From: Haliotis rubra
Lineage: Eukaryota
Assembly (NCBI RefSeq): GCF_003918875.1
Contig: NW_025767127.1
Span: forward strand, 62,001-126,000
Reading direction: 5' to 3'
Length of the DNA stretch: 64,000 nt
A program made the translations under genes and the position numbers. Positions within the stretch are counted from its first letter, which is position 1, and each line of letters starts with the position of its first letter. The notes beneath the pieces are model-generated. The model was given only the letters and a program-made list of their open reading frames with translations. It had not been told where the DNA came from and did no database searches. Below are positions 26,689-39,325 of the stretch, piece by piece.

Positions 26689-27596
26689 CGTTTCGACATA
26701 GGTTCTAATGTCGTTGTCAAGCAAGTAATACATGAGTAACAAATTGAGAGAATATATACAGGAGTTGTTGTTACAGTTGATAGGGAATGAGTTGTTTATA
26801 CAATAGATGAGGTTGATGTACAACGTTTGTATGAGAGATTGAGTAAATTGATAGGAAGCCAATTGTCATTATTCTTCATCAACTCAACTTCTAAAATGCC
26901 CATCAAAGAAGTCAGATGTGGGAGTTAACGACTTTCATGTTTTTCAGGAAGGCCAACCGGGCCTTCCTGGTCCCCTATAAAGACTGACAGGTAGGCCTAA
27001 CTGGGGTGAGGAAATGAGGAATGCCAAACCCACGCAACGCCTCACCGTCTTGCGGTCCAAGGGAGATAACTAGCTACAACGGTTGACCCTTACTGTCACA
27101 ACGTCTTTTGGCAACATTCAGAGAAGCGTTACGAGTTCTATTCATACTAAACCGTTTTTGATACACTCGGTACGGGATAAAACTATTATCAGTTCCTTGT
27201 TTAACATTGATCATTTGACATGTTATAGATTTCAGATATTCTTGAATGTTTTATGTGTTTCGAGGAAAGCGCTTTGACCTCTTCACTTCATGAATTCATA
27301 GAAACGTTTCCGTATTTCCTCTTTCCCAGATCGGCAAGGATGATTGATACAGAAACGCTAGTATTCTAGGAGAGATACAGGTTTTGCATTGTGCTGACGG
27401 AAACCCACAGAATCTAAACTAGAATATGACCTGAGACATACCAAAGTTTCGTGCAAGAGAAAGTATACACTTGAAAATTAAAGATTTGACTAAAAGATGT
27501 AAAAAAGTTATCAAAACGTTACAGGGCTAAAACAGTCGTGGAACACTGCAAACTTGGGTCAAAAACATAACTATAATATTAGAATTGGTTTTCAGC

Positions 27597-27745
27597 TACC
27601 TATCCTTTCGTAAGAAGCGACTAACGGGATCGGGTGGTCAGGCCCGGTTACTTGGTTGACACATGTCATTGTATCCCAATTGTGTAGATTGATGTTCATG
27701 ATGTTGGTCACTGGATTGTCTGTCCCAGACTCGATTATTTACAGA
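27597..27745 (+). mobile_element. SINE family A partial copy
   Basis: tcgtaagaagcgactaacgggatcgggtggtcagg...ccagactcgattatttacag. Confidence 0.8.
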
Positions 27746-28299
27746 AGAACAAACAAGCAAACAAACAAAACAAAACGTTCTGCTGTCCTGTAGTTTATAC
27801 TACGAGGGAAATATTCTGAAACATTACTAGTACTGGGCCCGTCGTAAAGTGGGTATCCAACCAACACCAGGTGCTTGGTCTTACAAACATTGGATAAAAT
27901 ATACCAACATGGTGTATTCAAGATGACTGGGTACTGAGGAAGATGGGACACTTGCGTGCAGTGCTACCGTGGGATGTATGGCCTGGCGCGCATGGTATGT
28001 TTCCAAGGGAGTTGAGTCTGGTAAATCGGTTTTTGTATCGTATCATCATAGGAATCAAACAATCATTAGCCATTAGTACTTAAAATAATTTTTTACCCCA
28101 CAAGTATTGGGTATTGGGTATTTCAAGCATTGAGAATCTGTGTAGGCAGGGCAGGGGGCGAGTTATCTATGATGTGCCGTGTTGATAGAGATTCAATGCT
28201 TTAACACAATTGCCTCTGAGGTCACCCTACTTCTGCCAACGATGACGATATGCCTGGATTAAACTGATGTAGAAGTCCTCCACACCAAACATTTAGTCA

Positions 28300-28700
28300 T
28301 CATAATTTGCATGATGTTTACCAGACAGTTCTTTCTTCAAGCTGGGAAGACGTGGACACCGACACCGGCACATGTCAAGCTTCTGAATATGATGGACGAT
28401 CATTAGGTCTAAAGCCACAATCATTCATTGCAGCCGTGGCCACCATCTGCAGTTGACACCATACCCTCATACTCAGTCAGTCCTGCCAGCATTGTAGTAA
28501 ATACATCTGTAAAGGGCTTAGTATACATCTTTTATAGTTTAGGCTCAGGACTCTTCATCCAGCTAATGTTGCACAGCTGATCCAGGGAAAAGGTACAAGC
28601 ACCGGCACAAAACATATCCTATGTATAGATGCCACCGATACTGTCCCATTTTGGACATCAACTTCCAGAAAGCATATCTACACGTGCCCCATGGAGATCA
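28300..28700 (+). mobile_element. Highly degenerate LINE RT fragment
   Basis: ILDINFQKAYLHVPH near 28650-28692 resembles the RT motif LDFxKAFDxVPH. Upstream frames are broken. Confidence 0.35.
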
Positions 28701-28711
28701 TGCTTAGAATC

Positions 28712-29345
28712 ACAGTCCTCAGCAACCCATGCTTGTCGAAGAAGCGACCAAGGAAATCGGGTGGTCAGGCTTTTGTTGTTGGTGGTGGTTTGTTGTTTAA
28801 CGCCGCACTCAGCTTTAAGACCGCGATTTGTAAATAATCGAGTCTGGACCAGACAATCCAGTGATCAACAGCATGAACATCGATCTACGCAACTGGGATA
28901 TGATGACATGTATCAACCAAGTCAGTGAGTCTGACCACCCGATCCCGTGAGTCGCCTCTTACGACAAGCATGGGCTGCTTTAGACCAATTCTAACCCGGA
29001 TCTTCACGGAACAGGTGGTCGGTCTCGTCGGTTTGGTTGACGCGGGCCATCGTACCCAACAGATTGATGTTCATGAGGGTCTGTCACAGGACTGGTCCAG
29101 ACTCGATTACAAACAGTCAGTGAGTGAGTTTAGTTTTACGCCGCTTTTAGCAATATTCCAGCAATATCACGGCGGGGAATACCAGAACTGGGCTTCACAC
29201 ATTGTACCCATATGGGGAATCGAACCCGGGTCTTCAGAGTGAAGAGCGAACGCTTTAACCACTAACCTACACCCCCGCCCCCGATTACTCACAGATATCA
29301 CTATATGGCTGGAGTATTGTTGAGAAAGGCGTTAAACAACAAACA
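28712..29345. mobile_element. Nested SINE cluster: family A host with family A and family B insertions
   Basis: The host (+) is interrupted at ~28772-29011 by an antisense family A copy and at ~29116-29282 by an antisense family B copy. Confidence 0.85.
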
Positions 29346-29832
29346 GAAATAGCTATTCTACCTCGTCCTTCTTGTGATCATTTATTGGCAGGGCTTTCAT
29401 GTTTATACGCGCATTTTGATCAACATCCTTGCCCAGATGCAACACAAAAACACACATCCAAAATCCACGCATAGATAACGCCTTTGTAATGAATGTCCAC
29501 ATCAATCAACAAGCCCGTGATATGCCGTGGAATTGTTTTATTCAGTGTTAAATACCATTCTTTTCAAATCAGAAAAAGAGGTCAGTCATATATTTGGATA
29601 TATAAAATAGATTGTGCAAACGGTGTAGATATAGGATTCTATAAAATAAACTTCATATGTGGCGATTGCTTTATATACAGACAGTACAAGAAACATGCAG
29701 GACGACACTGGACACAACTGCCTAGAACTAACACGATCAAGGATCAACCCCGTCTTCGTTTACTTCCGGTATCAACCCGCTCAAAGTAAAATCTACTGAC
29801 TTAAAAACGGCTGGTAACTTTGATACTACGTA

Positions 29833-30075
29833 TGAGTGAGTGAGTTTAGTTTTACGCCGCACTCAGCAATATTCCAGCTATATCGCGGCGGTCTGTAAAT
29901 AATCCAGTCTGGACCAGACAATCCGGTAATCAACAGCATGAGCATCAATTTACGCAATTGGGAACCGATGACATGTGTCAACCCAGTCAGCGAGCCTGAC
30001 CACCCGATCCCATTAGTCGCCTCTTACGACAAGCATGGGTTACTGAAGATCAATTCTAACCCAGATCTACAAGGG
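29833..30075 (-). mobile_element. SINE family A full copy
   Basis: Core gtcgtaagaggcgactaa, (actc)n tail, TSD atacta(c/t)gtatg. Confidence 0.92.
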
Positions 30076-30794
30076 TATATACTATGTATGGTATAGGGTG
30101 TTGCCCGGCAACTCTTGCAAACAGTGGAGATAGAAGTGTGTGAATATGGTTAAATGTAGCTTGTGGCAATGCATGGGTCTTATGGAAGACATCCAAGTGG
30201 GGATTCGAACCCAAGTCTTTAGTGTGATAATGCCATTGCCTTTACCATAAAGCTATCTGGACAAATGTGGGAGAAATGAGAACAGGGCCTACTTTCACAA
30301 AGCACTAAGGTGTTCATAAGTCACTAAGGTAACATTAGTGCAATGCTAAAGAATGGGAGTTAAGGTTAACCTTGGGAAAGTTTGCTTCGTGAAAGGCGCC
30401 CCAGGGTGAAAAGCAGCTGTGTGTGAATACTGGTTGTGATTGGCTGCATAAGCTAAAAAGTACATGTTTGTTAACTGCTGTTTTTGTTGTTCCAAAAAGC
30501 AAACATCTCTCATTCCTTATTCATAATCGTGGAATTGTTATGATATCTTAGAGGAGACACGTGACAAAAACCAAAACCATATATTTATGCATATTTGGAT
30601 CAAACAGGTGATTTAAATGCTGACATAGTTCATACTTAAAAACACCAAAATAAAAATGGGATCATGCAGATCTTCAACTCTGATCTTAAACTTCATACGA
30701 CCTGTACTTTGTCACAAAGTAATGAGCAAATTCTAGGAAAACAAAACAACAACAAATACTATCAGTTCACATGCACACAGAGAGCATCTGCTCG

Positions 30795-31215
30795 GCTATA
30801 TACCATGTATACAATGGATAACATCACTGCTGTATACCATGTATACAGTGGATATCATCACTGCTGTATACAGTGGATATCATCACTGCTGTATACAGTG
30901 GATATCATCACTGTATACAGTGGATATCATACTATGTATACAGTGGATATCATCACTGCTGTATACCATGTATACAGTGGATATCATCACTGTCCTGTAT
31001 ACAGTGGATATCATCACTCCTGTATACAGTGGATATCATCACTGATGTATACTATACATACAGTGGATATCGTTACTGCTGTATACCATGCATACAGGAG
31101 ATATCACTGCTGTATACCATGTACATCGTGGATATCATCACTGCTGTATACTATGCATACAGTGGATATCATCACTGCTGTATACCATGTACATCGTGGA
31201 TATCATCACTGCTGT
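30795..31215. repeat. Minisatellite with 24/33-bp units
   Basis: Repeat of (atacagtggatatcatcactgctgt[ataccatgt])n. Confidence 0.95.
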
Positions 31216-32759
31216 CATCATCAACACATGTTCATATGGTTTAAAGTGTTGATATAAATCATTTCCAAAGACACACATGTGTTCTAAATTGGACATTTGG
31301 TCATCTGGAAACTTAATCAAGCTGACTCTTATTCTCAGAACCAGGGTTTGCGTGTATTGAAAACATCAAACCTTTTCAGGACATTGAAAATAATTGCAAT
31401 AACTGATTTTCAGAAACAAACAGGTGAGAGTCACTTTCAGGTGGACAATGACAATATCAAATCCTGGTGAGATAATATAGGGAGACAGATCTAACACTCA
31501 ACATTCCAGTTCCAGGTGTGTGTGTGTCAGTGATATGGGGTTATCTCCCTTTGAACAGTTACACAGTTGCCTAACATATCTTGGCTTACCATGAAGGAAA
31601 GATAAATGTAAGCAATAACCAAGGATAATGAGGGCAAATCTGGGATTTGAACACACAATCCTGGCACCCCCAAGGGACACAACTCAGCAAGCATATATGG
31701 TTTCTGAAGGACATGCTTTGGCATATATACATTCAGTTTTATAATAACAACTAGTGACAGATTGTTTACGAATGCATCTTAAATGTTATTTTGTAAAAGG
31801 TTGATAAGAGCGCATTACTTACCTACCATAAGACATCATCAGTAAGACAGTAATGCCTGCATTATGCATCTGATTAGACCACAACAAATGTGTCTGCATT
31901 ATGTGTTACATGGTGATACAGATACAGTCATGAACAAAAATATGTCCCATGAATACAATGTCAACATAAACTAAACAGTATGTTTGTGATCTGTTGGATC
32001 ACATATCTGTGAACCTTGTTTCTTCAAAACTGAAAAAAATATATCAGACTTTACACATGTTTATCTTGCCTACATGTTAAAAATGAAATAAAAAAACCCG
32101 TTAAGAATCATCAAGACAGATCTATTTTTACACTGAATATTATTTAGCCAATGAGTGCTCGCAAAAATCCTTATGTCCCTTGGCCAAAAAACGTCCCGCA
32201 GTTGTGTCCCCAAAACAATTTTCATACATTTTCCCCCTTCTACACGGAATGATTTTTGTCAGCTGTTTTAAAAATTTGTATGCTCTCTTCCAACTTTGTC
32301 TAAGATAAAACAAATCATTGATACAACAAATGTTTAAATAACGGTCTTATGTTGAGCTGACATAGCAGTAGAGTGAACTACTCACTTTAAGAGTAAAAAC
32401 ATCTTACATACAAATACTATATGTATTTAACAACAGAATAAAAATGTCCACAATCAAAACCAGTCACATCAACATATACATCCATTTATGTTAAAAAAAC
32501 ATCACTCACTGATCCAGAAGTGCAATAGTCCATTAGCATGAAGATCCATTAAAACAGATCCAGACAATTCCCAAACTCTGGAACTCAGAGAAATATTGAA
32601 GGTCTATTTTAATTTTAACCTTTATTCAATACTATTCCTTAAAATAATAGTTTCATGTATATTATTGTTTATATTCTATCATGTATGCATTAAATTAATT
32701 GTTGAACTTACAATTTACATCTTCAGCACTTACAAAACCATGTGTCCAACGTTAGAAAC

Positions 32760-33092
32760 TAGGGCCAGACCAATATTATTTCTTGTTTTACGGATCTGCT
32801 GGTCGTATTTTTTCAAGAATAAGAAAAAAATAATACATTATCCCCCCTCGAAAAATAGAATCCTTCGACTACGCATGGCAGTTTGTTGGACACTAAAACA
32901 CTGGTATCTGTTCTCAATATTTGTGTTACAAATCAGTGTTTTGAGCACCTCAGTGAGTGTGAACTTGAAAAACAACGCCTTTGAAAAACTCATGTGGGTC
33001 TTTGCTTTGATTGGTGATTTTTTTCCCCTCCTGCCTTTAAGTTTTCTGAGGACAAAAATTTGTAATGAAAGAAATTAAATTGGTCTTGCCTA
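32760..33092. mobile_element. MITE
   Basis: Imperfect TIRs tagggccagaccaat / attggtcttgccta. Confidence 0.55.
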
Positions 33093-34159
33093 ATGGTTCT
33101 TTTGTAAATATTTTTCTTCAAGGATAAACATTTGTCAAAATGCTACAAATTGAAAAAACACAAATTATGTTTCAGACACCATCTCAGTGAATATGGAAGA
33201 GCAATGGAGTAAGTGGAACAACTGTGTGTGATGTAAGCACTGCACAGAAGGATATCACAGCTGAAGACAAGGAGTCAAGGTGTTACTGATGGGTGGTACA
33301 GCCTACTCCAGAAATTCACCACGCTGTACAACAAACATTCACAATACTTTCCAGGGACAGACTTCGCAGATAATATTCATATAGTTCTTAATTCATGTCA
33401 AAGAAGTGGCCCCTGAATACAATACAGCTAGATTTTAGGAGAAAGTCTCCCGGACCCCAGAGAATAAATTCAAAAAGAAATACCAACTCAAGTGTAGAAT
33501 GATTGGGCAAGTCTATGTTGCCTCAGCTGTAGGGAAATAATAACTTGTGCTCTATACTTTAGTAAATTACTAAATACCTTTTTATTAAATAAGAAAGCTT
33601 ATTTATTTTGACTAAATGTCAGTCTGAGGCTAATGGCTGTGTGAAGTCTGGAATGTACAAATCATTCAAATTTCAAGTTAGGATGAGTTGTCAGACAATT
33701 AGTATTATTCTTGTCTATAATTTCACGAAAGTATTTGATTCCAGTAAATGAACTTCATCAAGATTCAACACACTCAAGGGACAACAAGTTATGTAAAAAC
33801 ATATTGTTAAAACAAGTCACTCAAACAGAAAATAAATAAGACTGAACATAAAATAACCAGCAACAGTATGATCAGCCTACCAGTGCCATCACCTACATGG
33901 TACTTGCGTATGTAGAGACATTGTTGTTACCTGCAGGACAAGAAAGGTCCACCATACAGTATTGGTTAGCTGCACTAGTCATGTTGACTTCAAATGACAA
34001 ACTGGCACTGATCAGCATGTACTGGCTGCGATGAATCAATAACCGGAATAAAATTTAATGTTATTGTGCAGCCAATATTTTGATGTTGGAACCTGATGAA
34101 TTCACTTGGTTGCACCTGGTACAGGTATTGAAAAATAAAGAAATACTACCCTGGTGTTG

Positions 34160-34925
34160 AGAGCATGAGCTTGCCCAGATGAGTAGGAACTGGTTCTGAT
34201 GAGCATGAACTGCCTCTGATGAGCAGAAACTTGCTCCAATGAGCAGGAACAAGCAATGGTGAGCATGAACTTGCCCAGAAAAGTATGAACTGGCTCTGAT
34301 GAGCAGAAACTTGCTCCAATGAGCAGGAACAAGCAATGGTGAGCATGAACTTGCCCAGAAAAGTATGAACTGGCTCTGATGAGCATGAGCTGGCTTTGAC
34401 AATCATTCACTGGTCCTGATGAGCTCAAACTTGCTCCATTGAGCAGGAACAAGCAATGGTGAGCATGAACTTGCCCAGAAAAGTATGAACCTTCTCTGAT
34501 GAGCATAAAACATTTGTTCAGATGAGCGTGAGTATGACCAAGCTCTGGTTATCATGAACTTGCTCTGACGAGCACAAATTTGCTCCAATGAGCAAGAAAT
34601 GGCCTAGACAAGTATGAACCGGCACTGGTGAGCTTGAACTTGCCCCAATGAGCATAAACTTGCGTAGATGAGGATGAGTGAGCCCATAACCATCACCTCA
34701 CCCTGATGACCAGAAACTTGGCCGGATGAACATGAATTCACCCTGATAAGCATAAACTTGTCATGGTGAGCATGAATTCACCCTGATAAGCATAAACTTG
34801 TCATGGTGAGCATGCATTCACCCTGATAAGCATAAACTTGTCATGGTGAGCATGAATTCACCCTGATAAGTATAAACTTGTCATGGTGAGTATGAAGTTA
34901 CCAGGATGAGAATGAACTTGCCCTG
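34160..34925. repeat. 20-bp minisatellite with 80-bp and 40-bp higher-order units
   Basis: Tetramer gagcatgaacttgcccagaa|aagtatgaactggctctgat|gagcagaaacttgctccaat|gagcaggaacaagcaatggt, followed by (caccctgataagcataaacttgtcatggtgagcatgaatt)x4. Confidence 0.93.
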
Positions 34926-36646
34926 TCCAGATTGGCATGATCTGGCCCTGAAACATTTTCTTTAGCTTAAGTTACCAAAAAGAGTTTTCTGATATTCGCT
35001 GTGAAACATACTCACTGAATTCAGTGTCTGGGAAGTCAGAGGTAACAATTCTCTTCCCACAGAGGTTACTTGTCATATCTTCCTACTAACCTCTGTTCTA
35101 ATGCAACCCTTTCATGGTGAGATGTTCAGGATTCGTGATTGGTTGCAATCAGATTTAGTTGTGCAATCAGCGATGCCGTTTCAAAAGTGATCATTCCCAA
35201 GGCCTCTGTAATTTTTGTATGCTTCAGGAATACTAGAACCTCTTCCCCTGTGCAATGCGTAAACATTTCTTCTAGACAGAACTCAGTCATGTAATGGCGG
35301 ATCAATGGCGTCTCCACCACCCTCGTTGTACTTGCATTAGTCAAGCTGGATCTAAGTCAACGTAACACGTGCTCTGATTGGATAGAAAGAAGGGACATAA
35401 TTCGTGTTGCAATTTTTTGCCGCTAGGGGATTTTAGGAGAACCGGCAAATATGGCCGTATTAGAACAGATGTTCGTAGGAAGATATGACAAGTAACCTCT
35501 GTGGGAAGAGGATGAGAGATAACATGCAGTAACAGTTAAGGTGTGAAATACATAAAAACAAAGAAACTTTCTCCTAGGAACCATGGTCTGGCAAACTGGC
35601 AGACATTGTAATTTGCATCTAGGCATTCAAATACCATGAAGCTGTGGTGGTTGAGCAGGTTAGGCGTCTGACTTTGCGTGCTGGCAATTAGGTGCCTGAC
35701 TCTGAGAGTGTGTGTTCAAATCCTGGATGTGACTCAACCCAACAAAAGTACAAGAATCTGTACTTTACTAAGAAAGTGTAATCCCAAACATAACATGTGT
35801 AACATTCAAATACCACTTTGTACGCTCACTCCAATTCTGACATGTTGATCAATGTAACAATCAATAATTACCCTACTAAGAAACACACATTGTCTAAGAT
35901 TCAAACATTCACAAACCTGTTAACATCTGATTTACATTTGGGACTTTGGTAACCACAGCTTGTCCTTGGAGCAGAGAAACAGGATTGACATTGTCATCAT
36001 CATACACCAGTTGTGTTTATCACTGCTCATGTTGTCAATAATTTGATTGTCTCATTCAGACGTGACTTCTTGTAGACTGTCATCACATAGCTGGAATATT
36101 GCTAAGTTTTGTTTTAAAAAATTACACATTCACAAATCACAACATCTAGTCTTTAGTGAAACTGGGCATCAAACTGAGAAGCTCCTTAACTATAATCATG
36201 AACCGGACTGGGACAAAGAAGAAGCGCTACTAACAATCACTTACAACCTAGGAGCTACTGGCAAACAAGGATAAGTTGGACCAGTGCAGAGAACGCGTTA
36301 CGAGAAGTAAGCGGTGCACGGCAATGAGCAAACCCATTTGGTTTGTGAAAGGTAGAGCAGATGTAGGCTAGTGCACATGCATTACATGATGATGAAATTG
36401 ATTCCGCACGTAGCTGCACACGCCTTGCTCATAAGACTCTCACATCGGTAAAGAAAGTCTCACTACACTTGATCGCGGACAACCTGGGGCCCCTTCGCTA
36501 ACAATGGCAAGCGACAGTGGGCAGCACTCATACATGCTAATTCGGGTCAATTGTCAGGTCGGTGCTCAACGTATCCTTGTTTGTCAGTAGCTAGTTGTGG
36601 ATTTCCACCATAGCACACTATAGAGAGTAAACACATATAGCAAACA

Positions 36647-39325
36647 CTACTGATGAGAATTCCCTGGATTTGCCATGTAAGCATAGTCACTTAGGGTCAT
36701 CCCAAACTGGTTGGCAAGGTGAGAATAGTATGCATACATGGAGGGCCATGGTTGGGGCGAGGTAGGGAAGTTGTTACTGCTGCTGCCAGATGTAGATGGG
36801 TCAGTCCGTGTTGGGGGAGTGTCTGGGGGGTAGGGGGAGGGTCGCTCATCTGGGCTCTCCTGGGGGTACTGAGCTTGTCTGACCCCTCTGTCTCGGTTCA
36901 CTGAAGAATAGTGGGGCACTCTGTCTCCTCGGTTTGAGGGTTCAGGGTAATGGATCGAGTTGTCAATTTTCTCAGGATCAGACACAAACGTTGCATGGAG
37001 ACTGCTGCCATCTTGGCAGGTATCTGTTGTGTACTGAGCACCTCTGTCAACATGTGCATCATGGGTGTAGCGGTTGTTATGGTTACTGGTAAATCTGGAA
37101 TCCTGCTGGAGAGGTAGATACGGATGTGCAGGACTATCTGTTCTACCCATCTGCCCTTCCACAGGTAATTCATGGTCTTGACTCTTCTGCTGCAAAGCTT
37201 CATGGCTGTGTGGCCGACTTGGGGTGTCTATGTAGGCTGTCTGAGAATGCTGCTGTTCTGTGTGCGGTGTTTCTAGGTAGGAGCTGGAATCATGTTTATC
37301 ATGAGTGAAGTCCGGCTTCTGCAGCTGGTTGAGTTCTGGTTTGAGAGAAGGATACCACTGAGATGAGGAGGATGAAGCAGGATGGATGCTTCTGTGACCT
37401 GACTGATCAACACTATGTTCCTCCTGTAAACCAGGGTTCGACAGGCTAACATCAGCATATACATCAGATTTGTACACACTGTACCCCGAGTTGGAAGGTC
37501 TCACCACCTCTGGAGAGCCAGGTCCATCTGCCAGTGGTAATTCTACAGCCTTAGCTGCTGCAGCAAGAACATCCATCTCAGTAGAAGCCGTTGAATCTTG
37601 ATGATCAATTTTTTCCTCGATTTCCGATATTTTCTCAACATGGTAATTCAGAGCCCCTTGCACTTTGCATATTATGTCTTCTCTCCATGTTTTGGCATCT
37701 TTGTGGATTTTATGAACCAAAATCATGTGGCGACGAATGATTGAAGCATCACTGAAAGTCCTGGAACACAGCTTACATATAAATGGCTTATCTCCCTTGT
37801 GAACCCTCTCATGTCTCTGAAGAGCTTGTTTTTGTGTGAACTCACGCCCACAGTCACTACACACAAACTGCTTTTTTTGTTCATGAATTCTCATATGCAT
37901 TTTTAAACCAGATCTTTGACTGAATCCTTTGCTACAAATTTCACAGATAAATTGCTTAGCACCAATATGAACATATTTATGATCTCGTAGCGCAGATTCG
38001 TAACAAAATCCTTTACCACACACTTCACATATGTGAGGTTTAGCACCAGTGTGAGCATTTGAATGCTCTTGCAGTGAATGTTTAGTTGTAAAGCTCTTGC
38101 CACACACTGAACACAGAAAGCTCTTCTTCTGACCCAAATGTTCAGATTTCACGTGGCATGAAAGAATGTAATTACTACAGAATGACTTTGGACACATACC
38201 ACACTGAAATGTCGGCCTCGAGTATCCTTCCTCGTGAGTCTTCTTATGCTCCTGCATTGCTTTTCGGATTTTATACATTTTCCCACAAACATCACAACAA
38301 TGCTGTGGCTCAACATGAGATGCACGATGACGCTTCATGTACCGACGGTTAGGGAAGACTTTGTGACATATATCACATTTGGTTGGGTTAGCAAGGTGAA
38401 CTCTATGCCGGTGATCTCCAAGTGTGTTCCGATTTTTGGCAACAAAATCACATTCAGGGCAAGGAAATTCCTCTGGATCTCCTTCAGGGAACTTTCGAGG
38501 TCGACCCCTTCCTCTACTTAATTTCACTCCATCATCATGTATAGTTCGCTTTAACCTTGTATACTTTTTCCTGTGATTGAATTTGGATCTGAATTTGGTG
38601 AATATTCTTTGACTTGGAAGACCAGGAGAATGCTTTCTAGGACGTCCTCGTTTCCGCTTGACCGACTGCTCGGTCGCTTCAACACTTTCCATGTTCATAC
38701 TTTCAACATTTTCAGGTTCAGATTCATCAGCTGAACAGTTATTGGTGAAGTCTGTTACATGTTGTGTATGGTTTTTTGTTGTGGTACTAGTGGCAGTTGA
38801 TTCTGACTTTGGTAACGTGAGTGATTTTATTGCTTTCCTCTTCTTCACATGCTTTCTAAATTTAGCTTTCATGACAGTCTCACCTGTGTCACATTCTCCC
38901 TTTAGTTCCATCCTATCATGATTTGATGCAGTAACTTCTGTCTTACTTTGGGTAACTGGAGTGAGTGTGTCCTGTTGTGAAATGTGGTTTTCTTCTGCGG
39001 CAGTACATGATCCAGATTTTAGAAATACACTTGATTGGCTGTGAAAATCTTGTGTGGGTGATGGTGAAGGCGTATTCCTTGGGACCACTCTGGCTCCGTA
39101 CACTGCCAATGCTGTAGCAAGCAGGCTATGGACCTTCTCCATAGCGACCCACACACCATGCAGAGAAATGTGTTTACTATCACCACCATTCCCTGTCTGA
39201 ATCTCCACCCCAGCGTCCTCGCTGACTTTTCTCACCATTGCATGATAATCAAAGTCTGTGGGAAATTTCCCTTGTAGATCTTTGTCAATATCTGCAACCA
39301 CATTGGAAAATATTCTCGTCACCAT
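36647..39325 (-). CDS. Intronless AT-hook + 9x C2H2 zinc-finger protein (892 aa)
   Basis: Long open ORF with two AT-hooks (KRKRGRPRK, RGRGRPRK). Nine CxxC..HxxxH fingers run from CPEC..HRHRVH to CKLC..HMILVH, with TGAKPH/KGDKPF-type linkers. There is an in-frame stop 4 codons upstream of the ATG and a low-complexity S/P/Q/H-rich C-terminus. Confidence 0.93.
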   Translation of the reverse strand: MVTRIFSNVVADIDKDLQGKFPTDFDYHAMVRKVSEDAGVEIQTGNGGDSKHISLHGVWVAMEKVHSLLATALAVYGARVVPRNTPSPSPTQDFHSQSSVFLKSGSCTAAEENHISQQDTLTPVTQSKTEVTASNHDRMELKGECDTGETVMKAKFRKHVKKRKAIKSLTLPKSESTATSTTTKNHTQHVTDFTNNCSADESEPENVESMNMESVEATEQSVKRKRGRPRKHSPGLPSQRIFTKFRSKFNHRKKYTRLKRTIHDDGVKLSRGRGRPRKFPEGDPEEFPCPECDFVAKNRNTLGDHRHRVHLANPTKCDICHKVFPNRRYMKRHRASHVEPQHCCDVCGKMYKIRKAMQEHKKTHEEGYSRPTFQCGMCPKSFCSNYILSCHVKSEHLGQKKSFLCSVCGKSFTTKHSLQEHSNAHTGAKPHICEVCGKGFCYESALRDHKYVHIGAKQFICEICSKGFSQRSGLKMHMRIHEQKKQFVCSDCGREFTQKQALQRHERVHKGDKPFICKLCSRTFSDASIIRRHMILVHKIHKDAKTWREDIICKVQGALNYHVEKISEIEEKIDHQDSTASTEMDVLAAAAKAVELPLADGPGSPEVVRPSNSGYSVYKSDVYADVSLSNPGLQEEHSVDQSGHRSIHPASSSSSQWYPSLKPELNQLQKPDFTHDKHDSSSYLETPHTEQQHSQTAYIDTPSRPHSHEALQQKSQDHELPVEGQMGRTDSPAHPYLPLQQDSRFTSNHNNRYTHDAHVDRGAQYTTDTCQDGSSLHATFVSDPEKIDNSIHYPEPSNRGDRVPHYSSVNRDRGVRQAQYPQESPDERPSPYPPDTPPTRTDPSTSGSSSNNFPTSPQPWPSMYAYYSHLANQFGMTLSDYAYMANPGNSHQ

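Noticed and set aside
30664-31257. 197-aa and overlapping His/Cys-rich ORFs
   Set aside because: These are minisatellite translations, open in several frames.
34061-34588. Repetitive ORFs on the minus strand
   Set aside because: These are translations of the 20-bp array, whose period is not a multiple of 3.
36719-38921. Short ORFs overlapping the zinc-finger CDS
   Set aside because: These are antisense or alternate-frame shadows of a real coding sequence.
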